A program made the position numbers and the translations under genes. DNA of 64,000 nucleotides from assembly GCA_964016885.1 (NCBI GenBank), contig OZ024755.1, forward strand, positions 40,920,001 through 40,984,000, written 5' to 3'. A model generated the notes under the pieces. That model saw only the letters and a list, made by a program, of their open reading frames with translations, was not told the origin of the DNA and did not search any database. The DNA is from Eledone cirrhosa (taxonomy: Eukaryota). This document shows positions 41,366-59,054 of the stretch, one piece after another. The stretch's first letter is position 1. Each line of letters begins with the position of its first letter.

Positions 41366-41409
<44 letters not shown>

Positions 41410-41542
41410 TGACATATATACACAGTTATATATATATATATGCACTGACATATATATACAGTTATATATATATGCACTGACATACATACACAGTTATATA
41501 TATATATATACTGATATACATACACAGTCCAATATATATATA

Positions 41543-42615
41543 CTAGCAGAGGTACCCGGCGTTGCTCGGATATTAAATAACAGTTGTGTATACCATTTAT
41601 GTTAATACTTCAGTGCTGCTTCGAAAACTATACTTTTACAAAATCATCGGCTTTTTCCGAAAGGGGGTTCCTGCCCCCAGGGGTCCGCTACCCAATATGT
41701 GCCAATTCTGAGAGTTCACATTCATCTGTAGGACAAACGTAGCCCATGTGTCAAGTTTTGTGAAAATCGGTTGCGAACTCCAGAAGTTATGACGTTTTGT
41801 TGCATTGCACTGCAGTGCTTCAGTCGACTCTAAGGAAGTGGTTAAAGGGGTTATCTGCCGGGGGAAGGGGGGCCTATAATCAATATCTGGGAAAATGACA
41901 GTGCCCATGACCATCCGGAGTACATAAGTAGCCTATGTCTTAAGTTTGGTGAAAATACTGTAAAAATGCATAAGGTTTATACATACGCGCGTGCGTTCGT
42001 GTGTGTGTGGGGGGAGGGGGGTATGTATTTGTGTGTGCGTATGTATGTGTATGTCCGTCGGGGCATACGTATGTACTGGCCTAAATCTTCACTATTTACT
42101 TTTACTATTTTAATAACCTCTGTCATTTTCGTTTTCAATTTTATTTACATCATTCTTAAACTCCGGGGCTGAAAATCATTCTGTTATTTTAAATAGAATA
42201 TTAGTCTAACGACTCCATTTATACCATAAACTTGGTCTTGTCTTTGCATGAAATTGTTCGAGGATAATACGTCTTCATAACGACGTATTATCCTCGCTTT
42301 TTTCCCGTTCATTGCCAGGGAACGTCTTCACGAACCAAAATATCGTCTTCCTGTTTTCGTTCGGTTGCAACGTTTCTCGAAATATTTACTTCTGCGTTCA
42401 CAGATTACTCTCAGTTCAATTTGAATGGGAAATTCCTGTTTCATCGATTTTCTCCGTAACCATGGAAGCTTGTAGCTGGAAAGTCGTCCCAACGCCTCCT
42501 CGGGTCATTCTGCATAACTGTGTAAATTTTCGCTGCATTCCACCAAGCCGTTTCGACGTTTATCCGACTACACCTACATATACAACGTCCGACCACTTCC
42601 AATTTATGTAGTAGA
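41543..42615 (-). mobile_element. Non-autonomous Helitron
   Basis: Minus strand 5' A|TCTACTACATAAA and 3' hairpin CCGAGCAACGCCGGG + CTAG|T; inserted at AT without a TSD. Confidence 0.8.
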
Positions 42616-43175
42616 TTTGTTTATATATGAATGACAAAAAGAAAAGTACAAAACTATACATGAATTGTTTCTAATAAACCTTCAATTTAAGACACAACCT
42701 ACATATTTGATAGGACTCCAGCTCACATCTACTTCTTCTTCTTCTTTTGCTCCCCCTGGAACATTGGGCTGCGAGCCACCCCCACACAACGCCATGTTCT
42801 GAGTCTGCTTTTCAACCCCACCGTGATGCACGGTGCGTCACGGTGTATCTAACCATTTTTTTTAGGTCTTACTACGGGTAATTTTTTCCAGAGAGAAAGA
42901 AAGAGATGGAAAAAGGCAGAGAAGATTCATCCTCGGAGGAATAATAAAAATGTTTACACTGCACATTTCATTTTTTCAAAGCTAAAGCTGCCGATCCAAA
43001 ATCAGTAATTCAACTCCCTGAAAACTTTCAAATATATGCTGTTCTAGCATGAATATTATGCTAAGAGGCAGCTGTCCACAAACTAAGATTTACTTGCATA
43101 TCCCCGCTCATATAAACACATAAATACATGCATACATACATTACAGTTGATATTTTTTTTTATGAAAGCGTTTTC

Positions 43176-43225
<50 letters not shown>

Positions 43226-43329
43226 CGAAACATAAGTCAATTGCATGAACTCATAATCCTTTATTTACTGCTTTTGAAATTGTAAATAAGACAAAAGTAT
43301 TAGAACAGGGGGAAATAACTCACCGAACG

Positions 43330-43524
43330 CGATAGTAAATATACCATTTTGGGGCCCCAGGGACCACATTTTTCAAGTTAGATATTTGAAACCTCGTCTA
43401 TTTGCTTCCTTGGCACTTTTTACATAGGTGTGTAAATTTTCATGTCAGTCCGACCACGTCTACTACCATTTAACTGTGCACATCTGAATTTGAACCACCA
43501 CCCATTTCACAAATATATATTAGA
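43330..43524 (-). mobile_element. Helitron-like 5' fragment
   Basis: Minus strand A|TCTAATATATA start and GAAAATTTACAC motif shared with the neighbouring Helitron. Confidence 0.5.
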
Positions 43525-43706
43525 TATATACACTGACATATACAGTCCTATATATATATATAACCAAAGATTAAATTGGTTCATTGATTACTCAATTAAT
43601 ATAGTTTTACAATAGATTAAAAGCACTCTACAGTTAAGTTTTCTGGAGTTATTAATATTATTCAAAATATTAATAAAGGAAGACATTCACATAATCAAAA
43701 TATATG

Positions 43707-43768
43707 TTTTATTATATATATTTCGACGGTACTGTGTTGTTTTTTCAGTACGTCCTCGTCAGATAAAA
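43707..43768 (-). ncRNA. Minimal type I hammerhead ribozyme
   Basis: UUUUAU CUGACGA G-GACGUACUG..CAGUACCGUC GAAA UAUAUA UA AUAAAA: 6-bp stem I, 9-bp stem II with one bulge, palindrome UAUAUA, AUA triplet. Confidence 0.8.
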
Positions 43769-43809
43769 TACATGAATTGATGTATGACATACCTCAACTG
43801 TCTTGATAT

Positions 43810-43928
43810 CTATATATATGTATGTACATTTATATATATGTATGTACATATATGTATAAATATATATATATATATATGTATGTATATAAGTATGTATATA
43901 TATATATATATGTGTGTATGTATATAAG

Positions 43929-43967
<39 letters not shown>

Positions 43968-44296
43968 ATAAGTATGTATGTATATAAGTATGTATATATA
44001 TATGTATGTATATAAGTATGTATATATATATGTATGTATATAAGTATGTATATATATGTATGTATATAAGTATGTATATATATATATATATAAGTATGTA
44101 TATATATATATATATAAGTATGTATATATATATATATATAAGTATGTATATATATATATATATAAGTATGTATATATATATATATATATAAGTATGTATA
44201 TATATATATATATATAAGTATGTATATATATATATATATATAAGTATATATATATATATATATATATAAGTATGTATATATATATATATAAGTATG

Positions 44297-44338
<42 letters not shown>

Positions 44339-44406
44339 TAAGTATGTATATATATATATATATATATATATAAGTATGTATATATATATATATATATATA
44401 TATAAG

Positions 44407-44480
<74 letters not shown>

Positions 44481-44580
44481 AGTATGTATATATATATATA
44501 TATATATGTGTATGTATATATATATATATATATGTGTATGTATATATATATATATATATATGTGTATGTATATATATATA

Positions 44581-44611
<31 letters not shown>

Positions 44612-44738
44612 GTGTATATATATATATATATAAGTATGTATATATATATATATATATAAGTATGTATATATATATATATATATAAGTATATATATATATA
44701 TATATATATATATAAGTATGTATATATATATATATAAG

Positions 44739-44790
<52 letters not shown>

Positions 44791-44794
44791 TAAG

Positions 44795-44826
<32 letters not shown>

Positions 44827-44854
44827 AGTATGTATATATATATATATATATAAG

Positions 44855-44891
<37 letters not shown>

Positions 44892-45180
44892 ATGTATATA
44901 TATATATATATATGTGTATGTATATATATATATATATATGTGTATGTATATATATATATATATGTGTATATATATATATATATATATGTGTATATATATA
45001 TATATATATGTGTATGTATATATATATATATATGTGTATGTATATATATATATATATGTGTATATATATATATATATATATGTGTATATATATATATATA
45101 TATATGTGTATATATATATATATATATATGTGTATATATATATATATATATATAAGTATGTATATATATATATATATAAG

Positions 45181-45219
<39 letters not shown>

Positions 45220-46118
45220 ATATATATATATATGTGTATGTATATATATATATATATGTGTATATATATATATATATATATGTATGTATATATATATATA
45301 TAAGTATGTATATATATGTATGTATATATATATATATAAGTATGTATATATATGTATGTATATATATATATATAAGTATGTATATATATGTATGTATATA
45401 TATATATATAAGTATGTATATATATGTATGTATATATATATATATAAGTATGTATATATATGTATGTATATATATATATATAAGTATGTATATATATGTA
45501 TGTATATATATGTATAAGTATGTATATATATGTATGTATATATATGTATAAGTATGTATATATTTGTATGTATATATATGTATAAGTATGTATATATATG
45601 TATGTATATATATGTATAAGTATGTATATATTTGTATGTATATATATGTATAAGTATGTATATATTTGTATGTATATATATATATATAAGTATGTATATA
45701 TATGTATGTATATATATATATATATAAGTATGTATATATATGTATGTATATATATGTATAAGTATGTATATATATATATGTATGTATATATATGTATAAG
45801 TATGTATATATATATATGTATGTATATATATATATAAGTATGTATATATATATATATATATAAGTATGTATATATATGTATGTATATATATGTATAAGTA
45901 TGTATATATATGTATGTATATATATATATGTATGTATATATATATATAAGTATGTATATATATATAAGTATGTATATATATATATGTATGTATATATATA
46001 TATAAGTATGTATATATATATATGTATGTATATATGTATATATATATATAAGTATGTATATATATATATGTATGTATATTATATATAAGTATGTATATAT
46101 ATATATGTATGTATATAT
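43810..46118. repeat. (TA)-derived compound array with TAAGTATG/TGTATG interruptions
   Basis: Direct reading. Confidence 0.95.
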
Positions 46119-46687
46119 GTACAACCTGTCCCATGGTCGGGTCGTTGGCGACTAAACTGGCAACCCCACCAAGGTTTCTTGGTGAGGAGGGTGACTTTGG
46201 ACATCCTGCAGGACTAAAAACAAAACCTGTCAAAAGGCAAAGGAGCTCTTAAGAGTCAATGGCCATCCAAAATCACCGGGAGAGATGACCCCTTAGCCTT
46301 TGTCAAGCAGAATTCTAGGAGAAGGAAAACTCTGATATAACACCTGCAACCCTGATGGTATCCAATGATGTTGACTTGTTCTTCTTTTTGGTAAATATCA
46401 TCTTGGTTAAGAGAGTGGGACTGGCTTTGTGCAGTGCCTTTGCTCACTATAAAAGCTTCACGGCACAGGCATTGCTTTATATCTGGAGATCTCTCTGCAT
46501 TTGTCGTCACATGGTACCATGGGCCCAGCACTATGTGTCAATAATTGTCACAAGTGTAGTGTTTGTACCAGAGCTTTCAAGTCGCTGGCTGGACTAAAAA
46601 GTCACACTCGTTCAGCGCATCAGTAGGGGTTCTCCTACATGGATATAAAGTAGTGGCCGTACTCGAAAACGAGTTGGCAGCCACCAT
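46119..46687 (+). mobile_element. Non-autonomous RTE-derived element, copy 2
   Basis: Highly similar to the reverse complement of 22265-22812; inserted in the (TA) array. Confidence 0.85.
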
Positions 46688-46932
46688 ATATATATATATA
46701 TATATGTATGTATATATATGTATATATATATATATATAAGTATGTATATATATGTATATATATATATATATAAGTATATATATATGTATATATATATATA
46801 TATATATATAAGTATGTATATATATATATATATAAGTATGTGTATATATATATTTATGTACATTTATATATATGTATGTACATATATGTATATATATATA
46901 TATGTATGTATATATATATGAATATATATATG

Positions 46933-46971
<39 letters not shown>

Positions 46972-47580
46972 ATATATATATATATGTATGTATATATATA
47001 TATGAATATATATATGTATGTATATATATATATATATATATGTATGTATATATATATATGAATATATATATGTATGTATATATATATATATATGTATGTA
47101 TATATATATATGAATATATATATGTATGTATATATATATATATATGTATGTATATATATATATGAATATATATATGTATGTATGTATGTATATATATATA
47201 TGAATATATATATGTATGTATGTATGTATATATATATATGAATATATATATGTATGTATGTATGTATATATATATATGAATATATATATGTATGTATATA
47301 TGTATGTATATATATATGAATATATATATGTATGTATGTATCGTATATATATATATGAATATATATATGTATGTATATATGTATGTATATATATATGAAT
47401 ATATATATGTATGTATATATATATGAATATATATATGTATGTATATATATATGAATATATATATGTATGTATATATATATGAATATATATATGAATATAT
47501 ATATGTATGTATATATATATGAATATATATATGTATGTATATATATATGAATATATATGTATGTATATATATATGAATAT
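46688..47580. repeat. (TA)-derived compound array (TGAA/TGTATG interruptions)
   Basis: Direct reading. Confidence 0.95.
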
Positions 47581-47604
47581 TCATATTCAGAATATTCATA
47601 TTCA

Positions 47605-49625
47605 GAAACCTATGTAGGCTCCACTTCTAACTGCTTCAAAATCAGATATAACTCGCACATCCACTCGTTCAAAAAGCACAGCTAGCCAACTCCACTCACT
47701 TTCTAGCTACATACACTATCTAAAATCTAAAAATAAACCATACACACTCAAATGGGAAGTGATAGGCAGCGCGACCTCGTACAAACCACCTAATAAATTC
47801 TGTAACCTCTGTATACTAGAGACACACAATATTATCTTCTCCAACCGTAACCTACTTAACAAAAAATCTGAGGTGTTTGCAACTTGCCAGCACCGCCTCA
47901 GACATTCCTTCCAAAACTTTAAGCCCTATATATAGCAATGTCGGACTGGAACCTAACACCACATCTAGCATCAAACACCAGAGACACACCCTATACTACA
48001 TACCCAACACTAGCTGATCCATTATAACACAAACAACGACATCCCTCTGGAACCCTTCGCAGGGAAAATACCCATTTATACCTCTACGGCAGGTGTGACA
48101 ACATCCACCCACCTGGACGGCACTACACCGCTCTAAGGGTAATTTGAGCATGAATTGATCGGTTGGATGGTGTTGGGCAGAGGAAACACCTTCCTTAGAC
48201 AGATGTAAAATGATTTAATCGAGTAGCGCTGTTGACCAGTAGGACCGGGCTGCTGAGCGCAGTGAGTGAATGCAATGCAACTGCCGTGCGGGTTGTACGT
48301 ATATGGATGATCTGACGGTCAGAGAGGGGTCGCGAGGACTGCGGATTGACCTTTGGCCTGCCTGGGGACGATTATCTTTCGACATCCAATGTAGCAAGCG
48401 ATGACCCAGATCTACCAGAGATCATTGGGTCCTGAAGCAATCCTGCAATCACCGCGCCTGGTCATATGAGCAGACTACAACCACAGAGATCATTAATTTA
48501 GAATCCTCGCTCATCATCTATAATTTCCATTTGTAGCACCTTAAGATGGGTTAATCCACCTTAATAATAATATGATCACCTTCAGCATAATTTAGTTAAA
48601 CTACTCTATAGTTAGTACACTTTATGCTTTAAAAGTCTCTCTTGGAAGGTGCACCTCACCATAGAATTTAGGGTCTATATTGGGACACATTTTAATGGCT
48701 AGATATAGAAACCCCAGAGTTACCTCCCCGCATGCATTAACTCCCCTTAGCCACACACACACTTCCGGTATTCAATGGCGTTTCTCGAAACGTAACAACC
48801 TCCTGTATCGAACTAAAGAACACCAGACTACGATCTCTAACTGGATTGTCGTGGATTATGTGAAAGGCATATAATCGAAATATACACTCCCTTGACCATG
48901 AAAATGCCGAAGTACACGAATTACTTGACATCCCTGCGCTGTGCATCTCCAATACTTATAACACTTTTAATGCTTGCACTATCTTTAATGCTTATAATAT
49001 TTCTCCACACACAGACTATATCAATCATATAAAGACTTTGCCACCAGATCTACCAACCTAACACTCTTATTTACCTACCTAAGTGCCTCTACCACACATA
49101 TCTCTCTGCCACACTATATAAACAAGACGCACATGCGTGCCACACATATAACATTTGCACTATATAACCACTTATCTTCATGTTGTACTTTAACCTATAT
49201 CTTTGATTTTTGATTGTACCTATTAATATAAATGTAATCTCGAAGTGTGTACTGCCACTCTAAATTCTGTAATGAATGTTGACCCACAATGTTTGAATAT
49301 GTATCAATGTTTGAATATGTATTGGTATGTCTCTCGGCTGAAAAGGAGGTCATATAACTGTCCATGCATTAATAAATTGCTCCGAAGAATCCAAACCTCG
49401 GTTTGGAGGAAACAGCTGTAAGCACAATAATGTTTTGAACAGTTCTTTGATTCTTATATTTCATATAACTGCTCTGTAAATCATCTGATGTTTTTACATT
49501 GAGCTACTTAACTTACTGGTAATAAGGTAGTAATACATTACTGCCTACCACTATTTAGGGTGTGTGTAAAATACTTACAACTGCTTAAGGTTTTGTGTTT
49601 ACATAACCATAAATAGTATAACTAA
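47605..49625 (+). mobile_element. 5'-truncated Penelope-like element (Naiad/Chlamys-like GIY-YIG C-terminus at 47605-47935, long 3' region with hammerhead)
   Basis: [62 protein letters not shown] (frameshifted); the same microsatellite type flanks both sides. Confidence 0.85.
49378..49424 (+). ncRNA. Minimal type I hammerhead ribozyme (U4C core variant)
   Basis: UGCU CCGAAGA A-UCCAAAC CUCG GUUUGGA-G GAAA CAGCUG UA AGCA; palindrome CAGCUG, GUA triplet. Confidence 0.75.
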
Positions 49626-49629
49626 TACT

Positions 49630-52562
<2,933 letters not shown>

Positions 52563-52904
52563 TGTGTGTGTATGTGTGTATAACACACACACATACGCAG
52601 GTATTGACACATATACCGAAACATGTCGAGAAGCTGATAGTATATTTATCAGTTTCAACAAGTAAACGTCTGACCTCTGACCTCAGTATATTACTTCATC
52701 AGGTCAGCAAGGTCACCACAATTTCACTTTAATATTTTCCCATAGGACGCTCTTAAACACTCTGCTCTGAATTAATTGTTCATAGTCCCTAGCTGACTTT
52801 CTGCTGGGTTAGTGCTGTAGTTGTGTGTATCTGTATATATGTGTGTATCTGTGTCTATGTACGTGTATGTATGTATGTGTGTATGTATGTATGTGTATAT
52901 GTGT

Positions 52905-53508
52905 CTTTCTTCACTTAAAAAAAATCTTCATGCACAGGCATTGCACGATAGCATTAATTAATTGTTTATACGTTTGGCACAAGGCCAGCAATTACCCAGC
53001 GCATTACTGGTACTTTATTTTATCGACTCCGTAAGGATGAAAGGCAAAGTTAACCTCGGCGGTATTTGAACTCAGAATGGCAAGGGCCGTAACTCTATGA
53101 GTCAAAGCATGGCGTCCGACCCTCTACCGATACTGCCAATTCACCGCCCTTATAATCATTAATATAATAATCATTAATAATTGTTTCTACTTTAGGCACA
53201 AGGCCAGCAATTACCCAGTGCATTACTGGTACTTTATTTTATCGACCCCGTAAGGATGAAAGGCAAAGTCGGTGGATTGGCAGTATCGGTAGAGGGTCGG
53301 ACGCCATGCTTTGACGTATAGAGTTACGGCCCTTGCCATTCTGAGTTCAAATCCCGCCGAGGTTAACTTTGCCTTTCATCCTTACAGGGTCGATAAAATA
53401 ATGTACCAGTAATGCACTGGGTAATTGCTGGCCTTGTGCCAAACGTAGAAACAATTAATAATGTTATATCGTGCAATGGCCATACTCGATAACGAGGGGG
53501 CAGCCATC
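52905..53508. mobile_element. RTE-like 3' tail with three SINE segments in its hairpin loop (52958-53149 -, 53175-53270 -, 53271-53460 +)
   Basis: Flanks match the reverse complement of 24577-24695; the interior is three young-family SINE segments. Confidence 0.85.
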
Positions 53509-53545
53509 GTGTGTGTGTGTCTATGTATGTATGTAATGTATGTAT

Positions 53546-54093
53546 GTTCTTCTGGTTTTATAATTTCACAAAGTTTTACCAATAGAGAGAGAGAGTCGGT
53601 TTCTAACATAGACACAAGACTCTCTCATTGGAATTTACTCAACATCAACTAGGTAGATATGTATGCATGTCTGCATGTGTAGATATGGATGGTATTGTAT
53701 GTGTGGGTGTGTATGTTTTGAGTTGTGTGTGTGTATGTGTATATGCTTTGTATCTGTCCATGTGTATATGCAGTTATTAGATGCAAAACTTTTGGAATGT
53801 TTTACATATTTTTACTGTTCCATTAATGGATTGTACTTGTAATTTCCTAACTAGTTGTGTTGTTTCTGTTCCTGTGAAGCCTGGCTTCTCAAGATGTATA
53901 TTGAGGCAGTTAATAACATACCCCAGTGCCCCAATAATCGCAGGCATAAATCTGAGGGTGTAATCAGGGTGGAGTATCTGCAGATTTCTCATCAGTTCTG
54001 CATAAATATTCTCCTTTTCGCTAATCTTTAATATTATATTGGCATCTGCTGGGCAGCTAATTTCTACTACTGTGCATGCTTTCTTTTCCCTGT
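53546..54093 (-). mobile_element. R4/Dong-like RLE retrotransposon 3' part, cut by the gap
   Basis: CTVVEISCPADANI..KISEKENIYAELMRNLQIL..MPAIIGALG (RLE C-terminal motifs); 3' UTR ends in (CATA)n. Confidence 0.85.
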
Positions 54094-54293
54094 NNNNNNN
54101 NNNNNNNNNNNNNNNNNNNNNNNNNNNNNNNNNNNNNNNNNNNNNNNNNNNNNNNNNNNNNNNNNNNNNNNNNNNNNNNNNNNNNNNNNNNNNNNNNNNN
54201 NNNNNNNNNNNNNNNNNNNNNNNNNNNNNNNNNNNNNNNNNNNNNNNNNNNNNNNNNNNNNNNNNNNNNNNNNNNNNNNNNNNNNNNNNNNNN
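54094..54293. other. Assembly gap (200 N)
   Basis: Run of N; contiguity and orientation across it are not guaranteed. Confidence 1.
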
Positions 54294-56595
<2,302 letters not shown>

Positions 56596-56811
56596 AATCA
56601 CACACACATATAAGCAAGGGTAAGGTATTGTCTAGACACATGTATCCACACTATGTGTGTTTGTAAGAATTATACAGATGCAATGGTATAAGAAGTTCTG
56701 AGAGAAAAGATGTTATAAGATCGATTCTCACCATGTGTATATATATATATATATGCTGATTTAAAACTGCACTATCCACAAGTGTTTTTTAACCTTCATA
56801 TCATGTCTTCC

Positions 56812-56882
56812 TATTTTATCTGATGAAAACACAAATGTTATTGCATGATGATACTTGTTTTTGAAATGCGCATAATAAAATA
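56812..56882 (+). ncRNA. Minimal type I hammerhead ribozyme
   Basis: UAUUUUAU CUGAUGA AAACA..UGUUU-UU GAAA UGCGCA UA AUAAAAUA: 8-bp stem I, palindrome UGCGCA, AUA triplet. Confidence 0.8.
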
Positions 56883-56904
56883 CATGGAACTCATTTAACC
56901 ATCT

Positions 56905-57514
56905 TTAAGCCGCCTGGACTACTGCTCCCAGCTGTGGTCACCCCATAGTGTCAAACTAACCACGGAGCTTGAGGCAATCCAGCGAAGCTACACCAAGAGG
57001 ATTGCCAAGATGAGGGACACAAGCTACTGGGAGAGGCTAAAGGAACTGAACCTCTACTCCTTGGAGCGAAGACGGGAGAGATACGCAGTGATCTACATGT
57101 GGAAAATCCTGGAGGGACTAGCACCAAACTTTGGCATTGGGAGCTGGACCAACCGTCGAACAGGACGTCACTGTGTGGTGCCAAAGGTCCCGTCTTCCAC
57201 ATCTAGAATAAGGAGCAGGTATTGCAATAGCCTGGGATTCAAGGGCCCTCAACTCTTCAACAGGCTGCCGAGGCATCTGCGAGACTTGCATGACGTGGAG
57301 GTGGATGTCTTTAAGAAACACCTCGACACCTTGTTATCCAGGATCCCGGATGAGCCCACAGCAAGACACGAGGGAAACCTAAGGGCAGCAGCAACAAACT
57401 CCCTCCTACACCAGTGGCCAACCTATACAGGCTGGAGATAAAATGTGTAGCAACAAGGGCGGTGCCCCAGCATGGCCTCAGCCGGATGGCTGAAACAGGT
57501 AAAAGAGTAAAAGA

Positions 57515-57516
<2 letters not shown>
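56905..57516 (+). mobile_element. CR1-group LINE 3' end (5'-truncated, frame intact)
   Basis: SRLDYCSQLWSPH..LEAIQRSYTKRI..YWERLKELNLYSLERRRERY..FNRLP..IPDEP; tail (GTAAAAGA)2. Confidence 0.9.
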
Positions 57517-57554
<38 letters not shown>

Positions 57555-58167
57555 TAGCGAGAATCGCATTACGGCTATTGTAAATTAGCGAAAAACAACT
57601 TTCGAGATGTGTGGCCAGTCCTCCATAGAACTGAGTGAACCAGAGCTACAACATACGTTAAAAGGCCAAACACACCGAGACGATGGTTGAACCATTATTC
57701 GCACCGCCATAGAAGCGACCAAGCTATTCAGGTCATATATATGTATATCTTTTTATATATTTGCTAACTAACTTTTCGTTCATTTGTAGGAAATTAGTTT
57801 TGTTAGTAGTACTTGTTAAACCTCTGTTAGAATATGCACATGTACATCTCACCCCACCCCACCCCCACACACACACTCACACACATATATTCTGGATTAA
57901 TTGGCTCTGGTAGTGGTATTTGATGACCTTATATAATAGTACATTCACATATATATATCTGCGGATGCATGTATGCGAGTATAAGCATACACATATATAA
58001 TTTTGGATTCCGTGGAGTGGGAGATGCGTACTGAGGTGTATATGTGTGTGAGAGAGAAAGTGTGTGTGTATGAGGGGGGGGGGAATGTGTGTGTGTGTGT
58101 GTGCGGGATGAGATTGGAGGAGCTACCAACGTTAAATTAGTTTCTTTCTCCTAATTAATCACTAAAG

Positions 58168-58534
58168 CAGGCATGTTAAACATGCGGCCCTTTACAAGCA
58201 CATCTGCGGCCCTTTACAAGCACATCTGCGGCCCTTTACAAGCACATCTGCGGCCCTTTACAAGCACATCTGCGGCCCTTTACAAGCACATCTGCGGCCC
58301 TTTACAAGCACATCTGCGGCCTGCACCAAGGTTTTTACAGCCCGAGCATATTTTATTTTCATAATATAAGATTTTTAAAAAATAGTTGTAATGTGCACAA
58401 TAAGTTGTGGTGTGTGGCCCTCAGTCAACACATATGTGACCCATGTGGCCCTCAGTCAACACATATGTGACCTATGTGGCCCTCAGTCAACACGTGACCC
58501 ATGTGGCCCTTGGGGGACCCTCAGTTTGACATGC
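58168..58534. mobile_element. hAT-like MITE containing 22-bp (x6) and 31-bp (x~3) minisatellites
   Basis: Termini CAGGCATGTTAAAC / GTTTGACATGC; flanks CACTAAAG / CACTAGGG; units TGCGGCCCTTTACAAGCACATC and GTGGCCCTCAGTCAACACATATGTGACCCAT. Confidence 0.75.
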
Positions 58535-58964
58535 ACTAGGGTATATATTTTGTTTTTGGGGGTAAAATATTTTTGGTAGATTCACTAACCCACTTAATTT
58601 TGTCATATTATTAAGTTGGATAATTTCTGCACATAGACTGATGGGTCTATATTTGAACGTGTGTCCTTATATATGGGGAGTGTGCAGTTGTATGGGTGTG
58701 TGCATGTGAATATATTTTTTGGGGGTGGTGGGGGGTGGGGGGGCATTTCTAAAGAATTTATGTAGAAATAGTGACATTGCCTATGGTTACAAGACCACTT
58801 CGGTGTATGACATTCGTCTGAGTGCCAGTACGAATTAACGTCGTGCTGCACGTGATAACCAGTATCTCTCGTGATGACTATACAGTTTTGTAAAATGTAA
58901 ACAAAACTCTACGGACTTTTTGTGAGTTCAAAAAAAAAAACTTATTGAGGTATTTATAAAATGA

Positions 58965-59008
58965 TTGATTCTGATGAAATCCACGAGGATGAAACAATTG
59001 TAAATCAA
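58965..59008 (+). ncRNA. Minimal type I hammerhead ribozyme
   Basis: UUGAUU CUGAUGA A-AUCC ACGA GGAU GAAA CAAUUG UA AAUCAA: canonical core, palindrome CAAUUG, GUA triplet. Confidence 0.88.
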
Positions 59009-59054
59009 ATTATAATGAATAATTTACTCCGCGTGTAACTAATCTAACACAGTA

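Noticed and set aside
48300-48440. SECIS element (some Naiad PLEs encode selenoproteins)
   Set aside because: ATGA..GA pairs lack the 11-13-bp helix and apical AA, and the Cys codons seen in the endonuclease are TGT/TGC.
48440-48480. RNase P or 7SL RNA similarity (CAGACTAC; GACCAGGCGCGGT on minus)
   Set aside because: Only short matches; the other conserved regions are absent.
48660-48950. Second GIY-YIG-like relic (VYIGT..ARYRN)
   Set aside because: Similarity too weak and frame-broken.
52625-52710. Minus-strand CUGAUGA..GAAA motif
   Set aside because: U16.1 is missing and there is no stem I.
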